Notes under the pieces: generated by a model
What the model saw: only the letters and a program-made list of their open reading frames with translations
The model's database searches: none
What the model was told of the DNA's origin: nothing
Shown here: positions 39,601 through 56,400 of the stretch, piece by piece
Position numbering within the stretch: position 1 is the stretch's first letter
Layout: each line of letters starts with the position of its first letter
Position numbers and translations under genes: made by a program
Assembly: GCA_963849325.1 (NCBI GenBank)
Contig: CAWKHF010000001.1
Span: 448,001-512,000, forward strand
Source: an uncultured Planctomycetota bacterium
GTDB lineage: Bacteria; Planctomycetota; Planctomycetia; Gemmatales; Gemmataceae
DNA: 64,000 nt
Reading direction: 5' to 3'

Positions 39601-41060
39601 TCATGCCCACGAAACTGCCGTCGTTCTCGCGGGCCAGCGCCCACAGGAAGGCGCCCACGTCGGGACTCTCGAAGAAGAAGCCGATGGCGTTGATGCGGAC
39701 GCGCGGCTGGGCCGGCACGTCTCGGTTCCAGTCGGCCTTGAGCGTGCGGCGGATGTGCTTGGCGAGGGCGTCGTTGCGCTCCACCTCCTTGAGGTTGCGC
39801 GACGCCTCGACGGCCAGCCCCTCGCCGAGGTTAGGCAGGCCGTCGGACAGCAGGTAGATCGTATCCAGTCCTCGGCGCGCAGACGGAAAGCGGCCTCCAG
39901 GGCGGCGTACATGTTGGTGCCGCCCTTGGGCTTGACGGCGGCCAGGCCGCGCAGCACGCGCTCCGGACTAGACTGCGCCTCGTAGTCCTGCCAGCCGTCG
40001 TCGCCGAACAGGAACGTCGGCTTCTCGGCGAACACGATCACCTGGTACTTCTCCAGGTCCGGCATGCTGCGCATCAGGCGGGCAACGGTGTTGCGTACCT
40101 CCGTCCACTTCGCCGGCGCCTGCGTGTTCTCGTCCACCAGATCCATACTGCCGGACATATCGACGAGGAAGACGACGCGGCGGCCGGTCAGGGCGATGCC
40201 GGCGAAGCGATTCTCCGCCGCCGCTCGCACTCGCGCCGCCTCGCTCGCCAGCGTCTTCTTCTCGTTTTGCAGCGTCGCCACATTCCGCCGAGCCAGGACC
40301 AGATCCTTGTCGCGACTGTCGAGGTCGCGCTCCAGGGAACGCCGCGCCGTCTGCAAGGCTTCCCGGTCCTTGTCGGCGTCCTTCAGTTCGCGCAGGCGCT
40401 TGGCGATCTCCTTTTCGAGGGCGCCGGCCAGCGCCTTTTCGGCGGCGTACTGCTCGCGCGCATCCTTGAGGTCGGCGCGCAGAGCGGGCACGAGGTTCGC
40501 CGTCGCTTGCAGGTCTTTCAGGCGCGTCTTCGCCGTCGTCAGCTCGCCGGCCAACTCCCGACCGCGCATCGTCTCGCGCTCGCCGCGCTTCTCGCTGCGC
40601 GCAGGTCTTTCTCCAGCACCGCCACGCGGCCGCCGGCGTCCTTCAACTGACGCTCCAGGTCGGCGGCGCGGCTATCTCCGCCTCGTGAGTTTCCGTGCGT
40701 CGCGGCCAGGTCTTTCTCCAGCGCCGTCACGCGCCGGCCGACGCGGTTAGCTGTCGCGACAACGCCTCGGCCTCGGCCTGCCGTGTACTCAGACGATTTT
40801 GCAGATCGCTTTTCTCCTCCTCGACGGACTCGATCCGCGCTGCCCAGGCGCATCACCATGCCGAGGGCGTCATCGCGTTCGGCGCGGTGCCGGCCAGGCG
40901 CTCCGTGATCTGACGGTTCTGTTCCTCGGCGCTCTCTTCGTGGTGCTTGGCCTCGCGCAGATTGATGCAGCCACAGCAGAATGACGCAGCCCAGGGCGCA
41001 GCAGAGCACGTCCACCATGGACAGGTTGAAAATCGAGGGGATGCGATGGCGGACGCGCAT
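39601..41060 (-). CDS. Membrane-anchored coiled-coil vWA protein (frameshifted)
   Basis: N-terminal SIFNLSMVDVLCCALGCVILLWL, long coiled coil, VVFLVDMSGSM, GGTNMYAAL and INAIGFF. Confidence 0.8.
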
Positions 41061-41075
41061 GGGAAATCCTCGGCG

Positions 41076-42594
41076 TTAGGCGATCGTCATCCAGGTCGGC
41101 GCTGGTCGCTGGGCTGTGCCGAGGAAGCGGACCAGCGGGCCGCCGGGTCCGAGGCGAATCCAGTCGCCGGAGTGCAGGGCGGTCGGCTGCGTCACCAGGC
41201 AGTCGTTGACGAAGCGTGCCGTGCCGGCTGCGGTCGCGCAGCAGATACACGCCGCGCGTGAAGGCGATCTCGCAGTGGCGGGCCGAGACGCTCGGGTACA
41301 ACTCGCGTCTCGAAGACCAGGTTGCAGGCCGGATCGCGGCCAAGCGTGAACAGGGGACCGGACAGCAGATGGTCCTCGCCGCGGTAGTGCAGCCGCGCCG
41401 GACCCCGATCGTCGGTCGCGTCGGAACCGGCGCGGCCCGGCAGCGGCACGGCGTCGAGATGGCCGCGCGGCAGCTCGCCCCGGTGCTGCCGCAACGCCAA
41501 CTCGAAGGCGGCGCGGGCCACGGCGTCGTCATCGAGGACGTGAACGCGGGCCGACAGGACGTGTGCCCTCGACCAGGTCTTCGCCGAAGTCGGGGTTGTC
41601 CTCGTCGCCGGACGCCTCGGACTCCGGGCGAAGGATGAGAGCTGTCCAGCGCCGCGACCAGGCCCGGCAAACGACCGGCCGGCCCGGTCAGCAGCACGGC
41701 GCCGACCGGGCCGAGCGCGGCGATCGACGTCAGAAAGTCCTGCGTCTCGGCGATCGCTCGCCGCACCAGCGGGTCGCACAGGGCCGACAGCTCGGCCGGC
41801 GCGAACTTCAGGTGCTGATACCAGTGCGGCGTTTGGATGACCATCTCGGCCGGCTCGCCGGCGGGGCGCGACGTCCAGCAGAGAGGCGAGCTGATCGAAG
41901 AGCGCCTGCTCGGTCTCGGCGGACTCGCGCGGATCGCGGCGGCTGAGGCGGACGCAGCGATGAGCGGCGCCGTCGAGCAGTCGGCCCAGCCAGGCGCCGC
42001 GCGCCAGCGGCGGAGCCGGTTGGGTGTGCAGCACGTGCAGCACATCGTCGCGCACGGCGACGGCCGACCACGTCAGGGCATGGCCATCGAGGTCGAGGAC
42101 GACGGCCAACCCCGACCAGGGCAGATGTTCGTGCGCGGCCAGGGCGACGGCCAGCGGCGACGGTACGGAGCCGAGCAGTGCGCCAGCGCGCCTTGCCGGC
42201 CAGGTTCGCCAGCAGCGCCGCCTGCGCCGGACTGAAGTATGCCGGCAGGGCCACGGTAACACCCTCGGCCTTGCCGATGCCGCTGCTGCAGATGTTCGCA
42301 GACCAGGGCGCAGGCGCGGGCGGCGTCGAGGCGATGCCGGCCGGCGTCCCAGGTGCGTGCGTCGCCGAGCTAGGGCAGGAAATCGAGACAGGCCAGGTGC
42401 GGCGACTTGCGACACAGCGCGGCGCCGGCCCGGCCGACCTGCGGCTGACGTTCCTCCAGGCTCAGCGCCAACGGCAGTTCGCGGCCGGTGCCGTCCAGCG
42501 GCAGCGGCATCGGTACGTGGGGACCGGACCCGTGACCCTCCCCTTGAATCGCCCGGGCGCGCGTGGCATTCAGGTCCAGGCCGATCAGGGTCAT
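41076..42594 (-). CDS. Hsp70/actin-like fold protein with C-terminal FHA domain (frameshifted)
   Basis: MTLIGLDLNATRARA, ALPAYF, FTLGRDPACNLVF and VSARHCEI..LRDRSRHGT. Confidence 0.68.
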
Positions 42595-42670
42595 GGTGCG
42601 TCTCCCGTTTAGCCGCGACGTGCAGCGGAGCGCGGGTTGTCCGCGCTCCGCTGCGCGTCGCGGCTGAACT

Positions 42671-43496
42671 CTAACTCGGCATTCGAACTTCCGCATGGGC
42701 CTCCGGCTCCAGATCGTACAGGCGCGTGACCAGATGTTCCAGGCAATACTGCTGGCAATCGATGACCAGCGCTTCCTCGTCGCGCTGGACGGAGTGGAGC
42801 AGGAACATGAGGACCAGGCTCAGGGCCAGGGCGATCAGCGTGCAGTCGAAGGCGACGTTGAGATGGCGCGTGGCGTCGTTGATGAAGTCGCCGATGGCCT
42901 TCTGCGTCTGCCCGCCCAGCGTCAGGCTGGTGGCCAGGCCGCGCACCGTGCCGAGAAAGCCGATGGCCGGGATCGCCCAGGCCAGGTAATGCACCGTCGC
43001 CATGCTGGAGACGAGCCGGCCCAGATCGACGTCGGCCTGCGTCCGCACGGTCTCGCTGACGTCGCGGCCGGAACGGCTGACGGCGTACTTGCCCAGGGCC
43101 AGGCGGATCATGTTGGCCAGGATGAACGGCCCGCCGCGCGCCGCCCGCTGCTCGACGCGCCGCTGCAACAGCCGGGCATCCTCCGGCAAGATGCACACGC
43201 CAACGTCGGTGGACAGCAGTTCCAGATCGAAGGCGCGGCGCTGGCGGCGCACTTCGAGATACCGGCCCAGCAAGATGAAGCCGGCCCAGGTGAAGCCGCA
43301 GTAGCAGGCGATCTGTTCGGGGCCGAGCAGTAGCCGGCTGAGACGTTCGGGCGTCCACTTGGACCAGTCGTTGCCGCTATCGCCCTTGCCGGCCGACCAC
43401 TGCCAGAGCGGGATGCAGATGGCGCAGACCAGGGCGAGGGCCAACAGCAGACAGCGGCCATTCGCGCGTGGGGCGATGGGAGGGAGTCAAGGCCAT
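42671..43496 (-). CDS. MotA/TolQ/ExbB proton-channel family protein
   Basis: YLAWAIPAIGFLGTVRGL and VAFDCTLIALALS; start inferred across a frameshift. Confidence 0.85.
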
Positions 43497-43743
43497 GCCG
43501 GAGTCCGCGGGGGCAACAGGGGATCGGACGGAAACGACTCAAGGAAATTGTGGGGCATGTCCGGAGGGGTTGTCAAGTCTGGCAGGACCGATTCAAGCGC
43601 TGATAGGCAGGCGCGGCGGAGCGGCTCGCCTTCGCCCAGACGAGGAAAACTCATGGCACTTTAATCAGGACCGATTATAGTGGGGGAGGCAACGGGCCAC
43701 GGCCCGGACGGCCACGGTGCCCGCCCGGAAACGAGAATCGAAC

Positions 43744-44418
43744 ATGCGCGTGCTGCTCATCGAGGACCACAAACCGCTGGTCCGCGCCCTCAAGCAAGGG
43801 CTGGAGGAAGAAGGTTTCGCCGTCGACGTCGCCACCGACGGACCCGAGGGCGATTTCAAGGCCCGCACGGCCGAATACGACGTCATCATCCTCGACATCA
43901 TGCTGCCCAAGGTGGACGGCCTGTCGCTGTTGCAGCGCTGGCGCAAGGAGGGCTTGACCACCCACATCCTCGTCCTGACGGCGCGCGGCAGCATGGAGGA
44001 CAAGGTCAAGGGTCTGGACCTCGGCGCCGACGACTACATGACCAAGCCGTTCGAGCTGGAGGAACTGCTGGCCCGCCTGCGCGCCCTGATCCGTCGCGGC
44101 CACCAGGTCAAAAGCCCCCTCATTCGCGTCCACGACCTGGAGATCGACACCGCCAGCCGCAGCGTCAAGCGCGGCGGCAAATCCATCCACCTGACGCCGC
44201 GCGAGTACGCCCTGCTCGAGTTCCTCGCCTTCCACCGCGGCAAGGTGACGACCCGCTCCATGATCTGGGAGCACCTGTACGACGACCAGGACGAGAATAC
44301 GTCCAACGTGGTGGACGTTTACATTCGCTATCTGCGCAATAAGATCGATAAAGGCTTCGATCCTCCCCTCATTCTGACTCGCTGGGGAGAGGGGTACATG
44401 CTGCGGAGCGATGACTAA
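43744..44418 (+). CDS. OmpR-family response regulator
   Basis: LLIED, ILDIMLP, GADDYMTKPF and SNVVDVYIRYLRNKID. Confidence 0.96.
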   Translation: MRVLLIEDHKPLVRALKQGLEEEGFAVDVATDGPEGDFKARTAEYDVIILDIMLPKVDGLSLLQRWRKEGLTTHILVLTARGSMEDKVKGLDLGADDYMTKPFELEELLARLRALIRRGHQVKSPLIRVHDLEIDTASRSVKRGGKSIHLTPREYALLEFLAFHRGKVTTRSMIWEHLYDDQDENTSNVVDVYIRYLRNKIDKGFDPPLILTRWGEGYMLRSDD

Positions 44419-44420
44419 TC

Positions 44421-46302
44421 ATGCGCTCGATCCGCCTGTCGCTGATGGTCTATTTCCTGGGTCTGTTGGCCGTGGCGTTGACGGCGGCATCGCTGCTGGT
44501 TTACCGCAACGCCGAGAAGACGTTGGCGGCCAAGCAGCAGGCGACGGAGCAACTCATCCGCGCCCAGTACAACGACCGCTGCCGCGAGCAAGAGAAGCGC
44601 CTGGACGACGCCTTGCTCTTGCAGGCGCAGTGCTGGCCCGGCTGGTGCAGGTGCAGCTCGACTGGTATCGGGCCGACCTGCAACCGCTGTACCTGCTCGG
44701 CTTGCTGTCGGCGAACCTCAATCCGAGCGGCTACGTGCTGGCGCCGACGTGGCTGGCCGAGGGAGCGCCGCCACCGCGACCGTCGCGGCCCGCGCGCGGC
44801 GAAACGCCGCCGCGCGAGGAGACGGGCCAGCGACCGGAGCCGCCACGCCTGGAACCGCCCAGCCCGGTCTACCTCGAATTCCTCCGCCGCAGTCTGACCG
44901 GCATCAAGCTCAAGGATGAGGTGGTCCTGCCCAGCGACGGCCAGGTCTGCGACTATTTCCAGATCGACGCTCCGCCGGGCAAGGCGTATCATTCGCCGTC
45001 GATGGGCAACCGCTCGTTTCCGCTGGACCCGTCGAAGTTCCACCCCGATCAGCTGTTCTACTGGGTCTACGACGACCGGAAGCTCGATGCCAACACGCGG
45101 GTACGGCGCGTGGTGTTCAAGGCGTCGGGGGTGGACATGGCCTCGATCCGCACCGGCCCGTCGGGTGCGTCGCCGGGCCGCCGCGATTCGTTCCGGCCTC
45201 CGAGGGTGCGCAGCAGCCGCACCATCTACAGCCGCCCCATCTACGTCCACTGCGCCGCCGACACCGGCCAGCGCGACGCGGCCATCGCCGGACTGGCGCG
45301 GCAGCGCGACGAGGAGTTGGCCGACACCGCCGCCCGCACGCGCGATTCCCTGAACGACCTGCGCCTGCTGGTTGCTGGCCATCAGTCTGGCCGTGTTCGG
45401 CGCCACCGGCGTCGGCAGCTTCGGGCTAGTACGGCTGGGTCTGTCGCCGTTGCGGCGTCTGTCCGACGCCGTCAGCCGGGTATCGATCCGCGATTTCCGT
45501 CTGCCGCTGGGCGACCGCCCGTTGCCGCTGGAGTTACACCCCATCGTCGAACGGCTCACGAGTACGCTGGCGCTGCTGCAGCGCGCCTTCGCGCGAGAAA
45601 AGCAGGCGGCGGCGGACATCTCGCACGAGCTGCGCACGCCCTTGGCCGCCCTGCTGACCACCACCGAGTTCGCCCTGCGCAAGCCGCGCTCCGCCGGAGC
45701 AATACCGCGAGCTGCTCGGCGATTGTCACACCAGCGCCCAGCAGATGAACCAGATCGTCGAACGGCTGCTGACGCTGGCTCGCCTTGATGCCGGCGTGGA
45801 TCGACTGCGGCTGCAGAAGGTGGACGTGGCCGCCCTGGCCCGGCAGTGCGCCGCCGTGGTCCGGCCGCTGGCCGAGGCGCGTGGCCTGAAGCTGACCGTT
45901 GACGACGACGCCGTTTCGCCGGCGGCGGGCGGCGATGGCGCCTGCCTGGTCGAGACCGACTCCGACAAGGTGCGCGAGGTGGTGACCAACCTGCTGCACA
46001 ACGCCATCCAGTACAATCGGCCGGGCGGCTCGGTCGGCCTGCGCGTGGCGCGACAGAACAGCCGCCTGGAGCTGGAGGTGCGCGACACGGGCATCGGCAT
46101 CGCCGCCGAGGCCCGCGGCCGCATCTTCGAGCGCTTCTACCGCGCCGACCCGTCGCGCGGCAGCGACGAGCTGCACGCCGGCCTGGGACTGGCCATCGTC
46201 AAGGAATACATCGACCTGATGGGCGGTTCGATCGGCGTCGAGAGCACCGAGGGACAGGGCAGCACCTTCCGCGTCCTGTTGCCGGTGCGGCCGATGACCT
46301 GA
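44421..46302 (+). CDS. Sensor histidine kinase (frameshifted)
   Basis: DISHELRTPL, NLLHNAIQYN, DTGIGI, IFERFYR and GLGLAIV. Confidence 0.9.
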
Positions 46303-46393
46303 GAGTCAGTCCGGTAAGCCCCTCTCCCCCGAAGCGGGGGAGAGGAGGGCTTAGCCGCGAGCGGCTTCGCATCCCTCTTTTTCGGGAGCATTC

Positions 46394-47048
46394 ATGCCGG
46401 TGCTCACGCTGCCACGCCCCCCGAAAGAACGCCGACGATCCGCCCGGCCCGGCCAGCCAAAGACCGCTGGCTGGACGACCCGGAAGTGCGACTGATGCTG
46501 CGCATCCGCGACGGCGACGAGGACGCCTTCCGTCAATTGGCGGAGCGCTACCGCACGCGCGTGTTCGGCTTCTTCTGCCGCCGGCTGGGCGACCGCCAGG
46601 AGGCCGAGGACTTGACGCAGGAAGTGTTGCTTCGCTTGTTCCGTTCGCGGCAGCGCTACCAGCCGCGCGCCCGCCTGGCGACGTGGGTCTTTCACATCAC
46701 GCAGAACGTGGCCCGCAACGCCCTGCGCTTCCGCCGTCGTCATCCCAGCGTGCGCCTGAACGACGGTGATGGGCGATGGACGACCTGCTGGACGTCTTGC
46801 CGGCGAGTGCCGGCGATGCGCCGTCGCGGCCGCTGGAGCGCGCCGAACTGGCCGGCGTCGTCCGCGCCGCCATCGCCGGACTCGGCGAGCGTCAGCGCAC
46901 CGCCTTGGAGCTGCACCAGTTCGAGGACCAGACCTACGCCGAGGTGGCCGCCCGCATGGACATGACGCTCAAGGCCGCCAAGAGCCTCCTGTATCGCACG
47001 CGCAACCTGCTCCGCGTTCGCCTGGCGCCGATGCTCCAGGACGATTGA
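46394..47048 (+). CDS. ECF sigma factor (frameshifted)
   Basis: EAEDLTQEVLLRLF, ATWVFHITQN and TYAEVAARM..AAKSLLYRTR. Confidence 0.88.
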
Positions 47049-47296
47049 GCGTCTGTTCCCGAAGTAGGTCCGGCGAGCCGAGCCGGACCCCTGTGCCGCT
47101 CGGCTCGCGGCACCTACCAACTACGCCACGCCAACCTCGAAAGCGCTTTAGCGGACCTACGCATCCGGACGCTCGGCCCGCGCCTGCATGAAGTCCGCCA
47201 AAGAACATGCCCAAAACCATTTCCGCATCCGTGAAGGCGACGCGGGAAGCGACCCGCGAGCGGAGGCGCTCGCGGGCCGACTTGCGAGGCTCGGCG

Positions 47297-49660
47297 TCAC
47301 GAAGACGGCGCGTTGGCGCCCGTGAGGGCGCCGAGCGCCACCTCCATGCCGATCAGCTCGAAGAACGAACCGAACGGCCCGGTGAACTGCAGGTTGAAGT
47401 CGATTTGCGCTTCGACCTGGCTCATTCCCGCTGTGTTGCCGGTCAACAGGTCGAGTACCAACTCGAAGCCGTCGAAGATCACGTTCACGTCCGCGACCAG
47501 CGGCGTCGGCGCGGGAGTGGGTGTCGGGGTCGGTGTTGGTGTGGGCGTCGGTGTTGGTGTGGGCGTTGGGGTCGGCGTCGGGGTTGGGGTGGGTGTGGGC
47601 GTCGGTGTGGGCGTGGGCGTCGGCAGCGGCGTGGTAGAAACGTACAGAGTGAAGTTCTCCGTCGCATCGCTGCCGACGCCGTTGTGGGCCGTAAGGGTAA
47701 GGTTATAGGCCCCGTCCGATCCCTGCGCCGGACTGCCGACGAATGTGGCGGTGCCGTCGCCGTTGTCGTGGAACGAGATGCCGCTGGGCAGCGATCCGCT
47801 TTCCTTCAAGCTGGACCAGGGAGTTCCGGTGGTGATGATAGGGGGGGCGTAGGCATTCGGGGCAATAGTCGCCTGGTTGTAGCCGGTGAAGGCGGGTGCC
47901 TGGGGTGCCGCGACCGTGAGCACGAAATTCTGGACGGCATCGCTGCCCGTGCCGTTGTGGGCCGTGATCGTGAACGGGTACGCGCCGGCCGCGCCCGAGG
48001 CGGGAGTGCCGCTCAGGATGGCCGTGCCGTCGCCGTTGTCCGTGAAGGTAACACCGCTGGGAAGTGCTCCGGTTTCCGACAGCGTGGCGTTGGGCGTGCC
48101 GGTGGTCGTCACGGTGAAGCTGCCGTTCAGACCCACGGCGAAGAGGGTGGAGCTATTGCTCGTGATGGCCGGCGCCTGCGTCGCCTGCACGGTGAGCGTG
48201 AAGTTGAAGGTGCCGTCCGTGCTGCCGCTACTGTTCTTGGCGGCGATCGTGAAGTTGTAGGTCCCGACCGTACCGGCGGCCGCGGTGCCGCCCAGGGTGG
48301 CGCTGCCGTTGCCGTTCTCCGTGAAGGTGACGCCGCTGGGCAAGGCTCCCGATTCCGTGAACGTGTCCGGGTCCGCAGGATTCGCTCCGGAGACGGAGAA
48401 GGAATTGCTCTGGCCGACCGCCCAGGTCAACGCCGGCAGGGTCAGGCTGCTGCCGCCGGAAGCCTCCAGGGTGGAACCGTCCACGTTCGTCAGGCTGGGC
48501 AGGGTGGTCGAGCCGGCCGTCATGGAGAGCACGCCGTTGGTGAAGGTGGTCCAGGACTTGGCGAGCTGCGGGTCGGTGCCATCCAAGGTCACGGAGACGC
48601 CGTTGAGATTGGCCAGGGCACTATTGACCAGAATACTGCCGTTGCCGATATCGGTGACGGCGAGGTTGTCGCTGGCGGTGCTCTCGTCGAGGCTGCCCGT
48701 CAGGCCGGTCAGCTTGACCTGGCCGCCCCTGCTGGCGAGGACCTGCCAGTAGGCCGCGGGCAGCTGGGTTACGCGGGTCAGGGCCGACAGGTCCAGCACA
48801 CTGCCGCTGCCGACGGACGTGAATTCACCGAGGCCGCCGTAGCCGGCGGTGGGATTGCCGGCCACGAAGTGAGTCACCCCCGGCAGGGCCAGGCTGCCGC
48901 CTTCGACGTCCAGGATGGAGCCATCGACGTTGGTCAGGCCGGGCAGGCTGTACGAGCCGCCCTGCACCTCCAGGTAGCCGTTGGTGAACGAGGTCCAGGA
49001 GTTGGCGAGCTGCTTGTCGGTGCCGTCCACGTAGACGCCGACGCCGTTGAGGCTGGTGAGCTTGCCGTCCAGAAGCGTGCCGTTGCTGTTGGCGAAGATG
49101 CCAATGCCCCCACCCTCTAAATCGCCATTCGGCCCGATGTAGGAGGAGGTGAGGCTGGTCAGGGTGGGGAAGCTCAGCGTCGCGCCGTTGCTGACATCCA
49201 GTTGGCCTCCGGTGATGGTCGTGTTGCCGTCGGCCGTCAAGCTGACGCCGGAGCCGGTGGCGGTCAGGCCGCCGGCCGTCATCGACAGCGGGCCGTTCAG
49301 TGCCGAGCTGCCGGAGGTGACGGTCAACGACCCGCCGGTGATCGCCAGCGTGTCGTTGCTGCCGGTGCTGAGACCCTGCACGGTGATGTCATCGATGTAC
49401 TGGATGGTGATGGTCGCGGCCGAGGTCGTGATGATGACGGCGGTGTCGCCGGCGCCGGGGACCTGGCCGGTGCTCCAGTTGGAGGCCACGTCCCAGTTGC
49501 CGCTGCCTGGGTTGATCCACGTGTCGGTCGCCGGAACGATGCGGACCTCCAAGCCCTCCAGAGACAGCGGCAGGCAGCGGGGCCGTCGCCGCGCCTTCGC
49601 GGCCGGCCGCGCGGCTGGGGACCTCCACGGGAACAAGGGAGCGATCCAGGTGCGAATCAT
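47297..49660 (-). CDS. Secreted surface protein: Ig-like (He_PIG-type) repeats, PT linker, C-terminal helical domain
   Basis: [13 protein letters not shown] motif, three [19 protein letters not shown]-type repeats and (PT)n. Confidence 0.85.
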   Translation of the reverse strand: MIRTWIAPLFPWRSPAARPAAKARRRPRCLPLSLEGLEVRIVPATDTWINPGSGNWDVASNWSTGQVPGAGDTAVIITTSAATITIQYIDDITVQGLSTGSNDTLAITGGSLTVTSGSSALNGPLSMTAGGLTATGSGVSLTADGNTTITGGQLDVSNGATLSFPTLTSLTSSYIGPNGDLEGGGIGIFANSNGTLLDGKLTSLNGVGVYVDGTDKQLANSWTSFTNGYLEVQGGSYSLPGLTNVDGSILDVEGGSLALPGVTHFVAGNPTAGYGGLGEFTSVGSGSVLDLSALTRVTQLPAAYWQVLASRGGQVKLTGLTGSLDESTASDNLAVTDIGNGSILVNSALANLNGVSVTLDGTDPQLAKSWTTFTNGVLSMTAGSTTLPSLTNVDGSTLEASGGSSLTLPALTWAVGQSNSFSVSGANPADPDTFTESGALPSGVTFTENGNGSATLGGTAAAGTVGTYNFTIAAKNSSGSTDGTFNFTLTVQATQAPAITSNSSTLFAVGLNGSFTVTTTGTPNATLSETGALPSGVTFTDNGDGTAILSGTPASGAAGAYPFTITAHNGTGSDAVQNFVLTVAAPQAPAFTGYNQATIAPNAYAPPIITTGTPWSSLKESGSLPSGISFHDNGDGTATFVGSPAQGSDGAYNLTLTAHNGVGSDATENFTLYVSTTPLPTPTPTPTPTPTPTPTPTPTPTPTPTPTPTPTPTPTPAPTPLVADVNVIFDGFELVLDLLTGNTAGMSQVEAQIDFNLQFTGPFGSFFELIGMEVALGALTGANAPSS

Positions 49661-49899
49661 GGTGCGTACCTCCTACGACGATGGGCTGGTGACGGGTCGG
49701 TGTCAGCCGACCACGATTGGACATTGGGTTGTCGGAAAGTACGAGTTTGCGGGGATGATCCTATCAGTCCAATCGATGGAAGGCAACGATTTTTGGCTCG
49801 GTTAAGAAAATGCGAAAATGAGAAAACGCAACACTCGCGCCGGACGTGGTGCCGGCGTCTGGACGGGGGCCGTTTCGTTCTGGCGCTGGTTTGATTTCC

Positions 49900-49956
49900 C
49901 GAGCCGCGAGCGTCAGCGAGCGGGAACGGCATCGCTCGCTGACGCTTGCGGCTCGG
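49900..49956. repeat. REP-like palindrome (GAGCCGCGAGCGTCAGCGAGCG...CGCTCGCTGACGCTTGCGGCTC)
   Basis: Intergenic inverted repeat; related half copies at ~53332 and ~57304. Confidence 0.7.
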
Positions 49957-50051
49957 GAAAGACTGCGCAGGAAGCGGCCCGCGAACGAATCCGCTCGCGG
50001 GCCGGCTAACGAGGACCGACTTCGCGAAGACAACCCCTTGTCGAGCTACGT

Positions 50052-53132
<3,081 letters not shown>

Positions 53133-53406
53133 GGTACAGACCTCCTACGACGCTGTAGTGACAACGAGTCGGCACTCGCCGACTTCCGGGAGCCGCTCAC
53201 TGTAAGAAGTACGGACGGGCAAGTATGATCCTTACGACAAAAAGGACAGAATGCCATTTTATTTTGTCACATTAGAGATTTCTAATGTGCATCGAAGCGC
53301 GCCGTTCCGTTCTGACGGTGGTTCGGTTTTCCGAGCCACGAGCATCAGCGAGCGGGAAGCGGCCCACGAGCGGAGGCGCTCGCGGGCCGACTGGCGAGGC
53401 TCGGCT

Positions 53407-56400
53407 TCACGAAGATGGCGTGTTGGCGCCCGTGAGGGCGTTGAGCACCGCCTCGATGCCGATCAGCTCGAAGTACGGGCCGAGCGGCCCGGTGAACTGC
53501 AAGTTGAAGTCGATTTGCGCTTCCACCTGGCTGACTCCCGCCGTGTTGCCGGTCAACAGGTCGAGTACCAGCTCGAAGCCGTCGACGATCACATTCACGT
53601 CCGCAACGAGCGGCGTCGGCGCGGGAGTGGGTGTCGGTGTTGGCGTCGGCGTTGGCGTCGGTGTTGGAGTCGGCGTCGGTGTCGGTGTCGGTGTTGGAGT
53701 CGGCGTCGGGGTCGGAGTTGGCGTCGGCGTGGGGGTCGGAGTTGGAGTTGGCGTCGGGGTCGGAGTAGGCGTCGGTGTTGGAGTTGGAGTAGGCGTTGGT
53801 GTCGGGGTCGGGGTTGGAGTGGGCGTTGGAGTGGGCGTGGGCGTCGGTGTTGGCGTTGGAGTTGGAGTAGGCGTTGGTGTCGGGGTTGGAGTGGGCGTGG
53901 GCGTGGGCGTGGGCGTCGGCGTCGGCGTTGGAGTTGGGGTCGGAGTGGGTGTCGGGGTCGGCGTCGGCGTGGGTGTAGGTGTCGGAGTGGGAGTGGGCGA
54001 TGGGGTGCCGGAGGCGTACACGTTCTCGGTGGACGTGGCCGGCACGGTCACGCCGGCCACCAAATCGGTCGCCGCCGAGTTGAAGACCACGACGCTGCCA
54101 TCGCCGCTGAGTACGGCGGTGTCGGAGTTGGCGTTGCCGCCGTCCGTGCCGGCGCTGTTGCTGCTGGCCAGGGTCGTGGTGCTCGTTGCCAGGTGGCGCA
54201 CGAAGACCTGCGTGTAGCCCTTGGCGTTGGCGTCGTTGCTGGTCAGGTTGGTGGCAGCACTGTCGAAGGCGATGACCGAGCCATCGTCGCTGATGCTGGG
54301 ATTTTCCGAGAAGGCATTGCCGCCGTTGGTGCCGGCGCTGTTGATACTGACCAGGGTGGTGGTCGGATTGGACGCCAGCCAATTTCGGCTGTAAATCTGG
54401 GGGCCGGTGATGGTCTGGTTGGCCAGGAAGTCGCCGTTGGCGCTCTGGAAGGCCACCGTGCCGCCGTCGCCGCTGAGGACCGGCTCGACGCTTCCGCCGT
54501 AGGCATCCGTTCCGCCGGACGAGTTCACGGAGATCAGTGTCGGCACGCCCGCCTGCACGTCCTCGGCGAACACGTTGGTGGAACTGTTGGCCAGGTTGCC
54601 GAGCAGGTCGTTGGCGCTGCTCCACCAGGCGAGGTAGCGGCCGTTATCGCTGAGGCTGACCGAGTTGATATCGGCATCCGTAGTGAACACGCCGGGCGCC
54701 TTGGCGCTGACCAGGCTGACGGTGTTGCTGGCCACGTTGTAGGCGAAGACGTTGTCCTGGCCGGCGATGAAGTCGGTGGTGCCGGGGACCAGGTTGTACG
54801 AGGAGTTGAAGACGACGGTGCTGCCGTCGGAGCTGACCGTCAGCGGCGGGTTGACATCGAGCAGGGCGCCATTCTCCACGGAAAGAGCGCCGACTTCCTG
54901 CGTGGTGCCGGTCTTCAGGTTGGTCACGAAGAGATTGGTAACATCGCCCGCGCTGCCGCCCTGGTCCCAGCCGTAGGCGAGGATCTGGCCGTTGTCGCTG
55001 AGACTGGCATCGCCCGCGCCCTCCAGTTCAGTGTCGTTGGGGTTGCCGGTGACCTGGGTGACGGTCGGGCTGCCGGATTGCCAATTGCTCGTGACGTAGA
55101 CGTTCGGCTCCAGAAAAGCGGCGCTTAGGCTGCCCTGGAAGGCCACGGTGCTGCCGTCGCCGCTGATGACCGGCTGTTGCACGAGTGTGAAGGGCGTCGC
55201 CCCAACACCTGTCTGGGCGATGACGGTGTTCGTTTTGGTATTCGCGTTCCAGGCGAGGACCTGTCCGTAGCTGGTGCTGGGGCTGGTGAACAACTCATCG
55301 TACGCGATGTACGTGCCGTTGTCGCTGATGCTGAAGACCCCCCCCTGGTCCGCGTCCTCGGTGTTGCCGGCGCCGGCGGCGGGACTGACCTGCGCGAGCG
55401 TGCCGGAGGCGATGTTGTAGGCGAAGATCTGGAGATGAGCGCCGGTGCCATCCGCGCTCTCGCCCGGCAAGTTGGTGGCGAGACTTTGAAAGGCCAAGGT
55501 GCTGCCGTCTTTGCTGAGGAGGGGGTCCGATGAGTCGCCGTTGGCGCCGTTGCCCGTGCTGTCGGCGCTGGCCAGTTTCGTCGAGAGGCTGCCATACTGG
55601 ATGGCCCCTGTGGTCGGGGCGAGGTTGAGCGTGGTGACGAAAAGCTGGTAATGGCTGGAGTTACTGTCGTTGGCCGTCAAGTTGGTGGCGTTGCTCTGAT
55701 AGGCGACGACCAATTGGCCGTTGCTGTTCTCGCTGATGCTGGGCGTTTGCACGGGCGCATTGGCGGGGTTGCCGTCCGTGCCGAGGCTGACCAGGTAGGT
55801 CTGCCCCAGTTGCATGTCGCGCACAAACACTTCCTCGCCGCCGCTGCTGTTGCTCGTCAGGTTGGTGGCATCGCTGACAAAGGCGACGTAACGACCATCG
55901 GGCGTCATGACCGGCTCGTCGGCGAAAGCGCCACCGCCGACGTCGCCCGTGCCAGTGCTGTTGATGCTGACCAAGCTGGTCGTGCCGGTCGCCAGGTTGC
56001 GCCAATAGACGTCGCTGTTGCCCGTCATGGCGAGACCGGGAACCAAGTTGTCGGAGTCGCTGGTGAAGACGGCGTACTGTCCGTTGGCGCTGACCGCCTC
56101 CAGGGACGCGGAAGGCATAGACGAGGAGTCTTCGGCAATGGTCGAGACCTGATTGCCGGTGGCCGCCGTGGTCGTGGTCGGTTCGACGCTCAACGGTTTC
56201 AGCGTCTGGTTGCTCAGCGAGTACAGGTAAAGGTTCTGCACATCGGGGTTGTTATCGATGTAGCCGCCGGCGGCGTTCAGGTTCGTGGCGAAGCTGTTGA
56301 AGGCCAGCGTGCCGCCGTCCCGGCTGAGGGTGGGGTTGGACGAGTTGCCGTTGCCGCCGTTGCCGCTGCTGTCGGCGCTGACCAGCCTCGTCGTGAGGGT

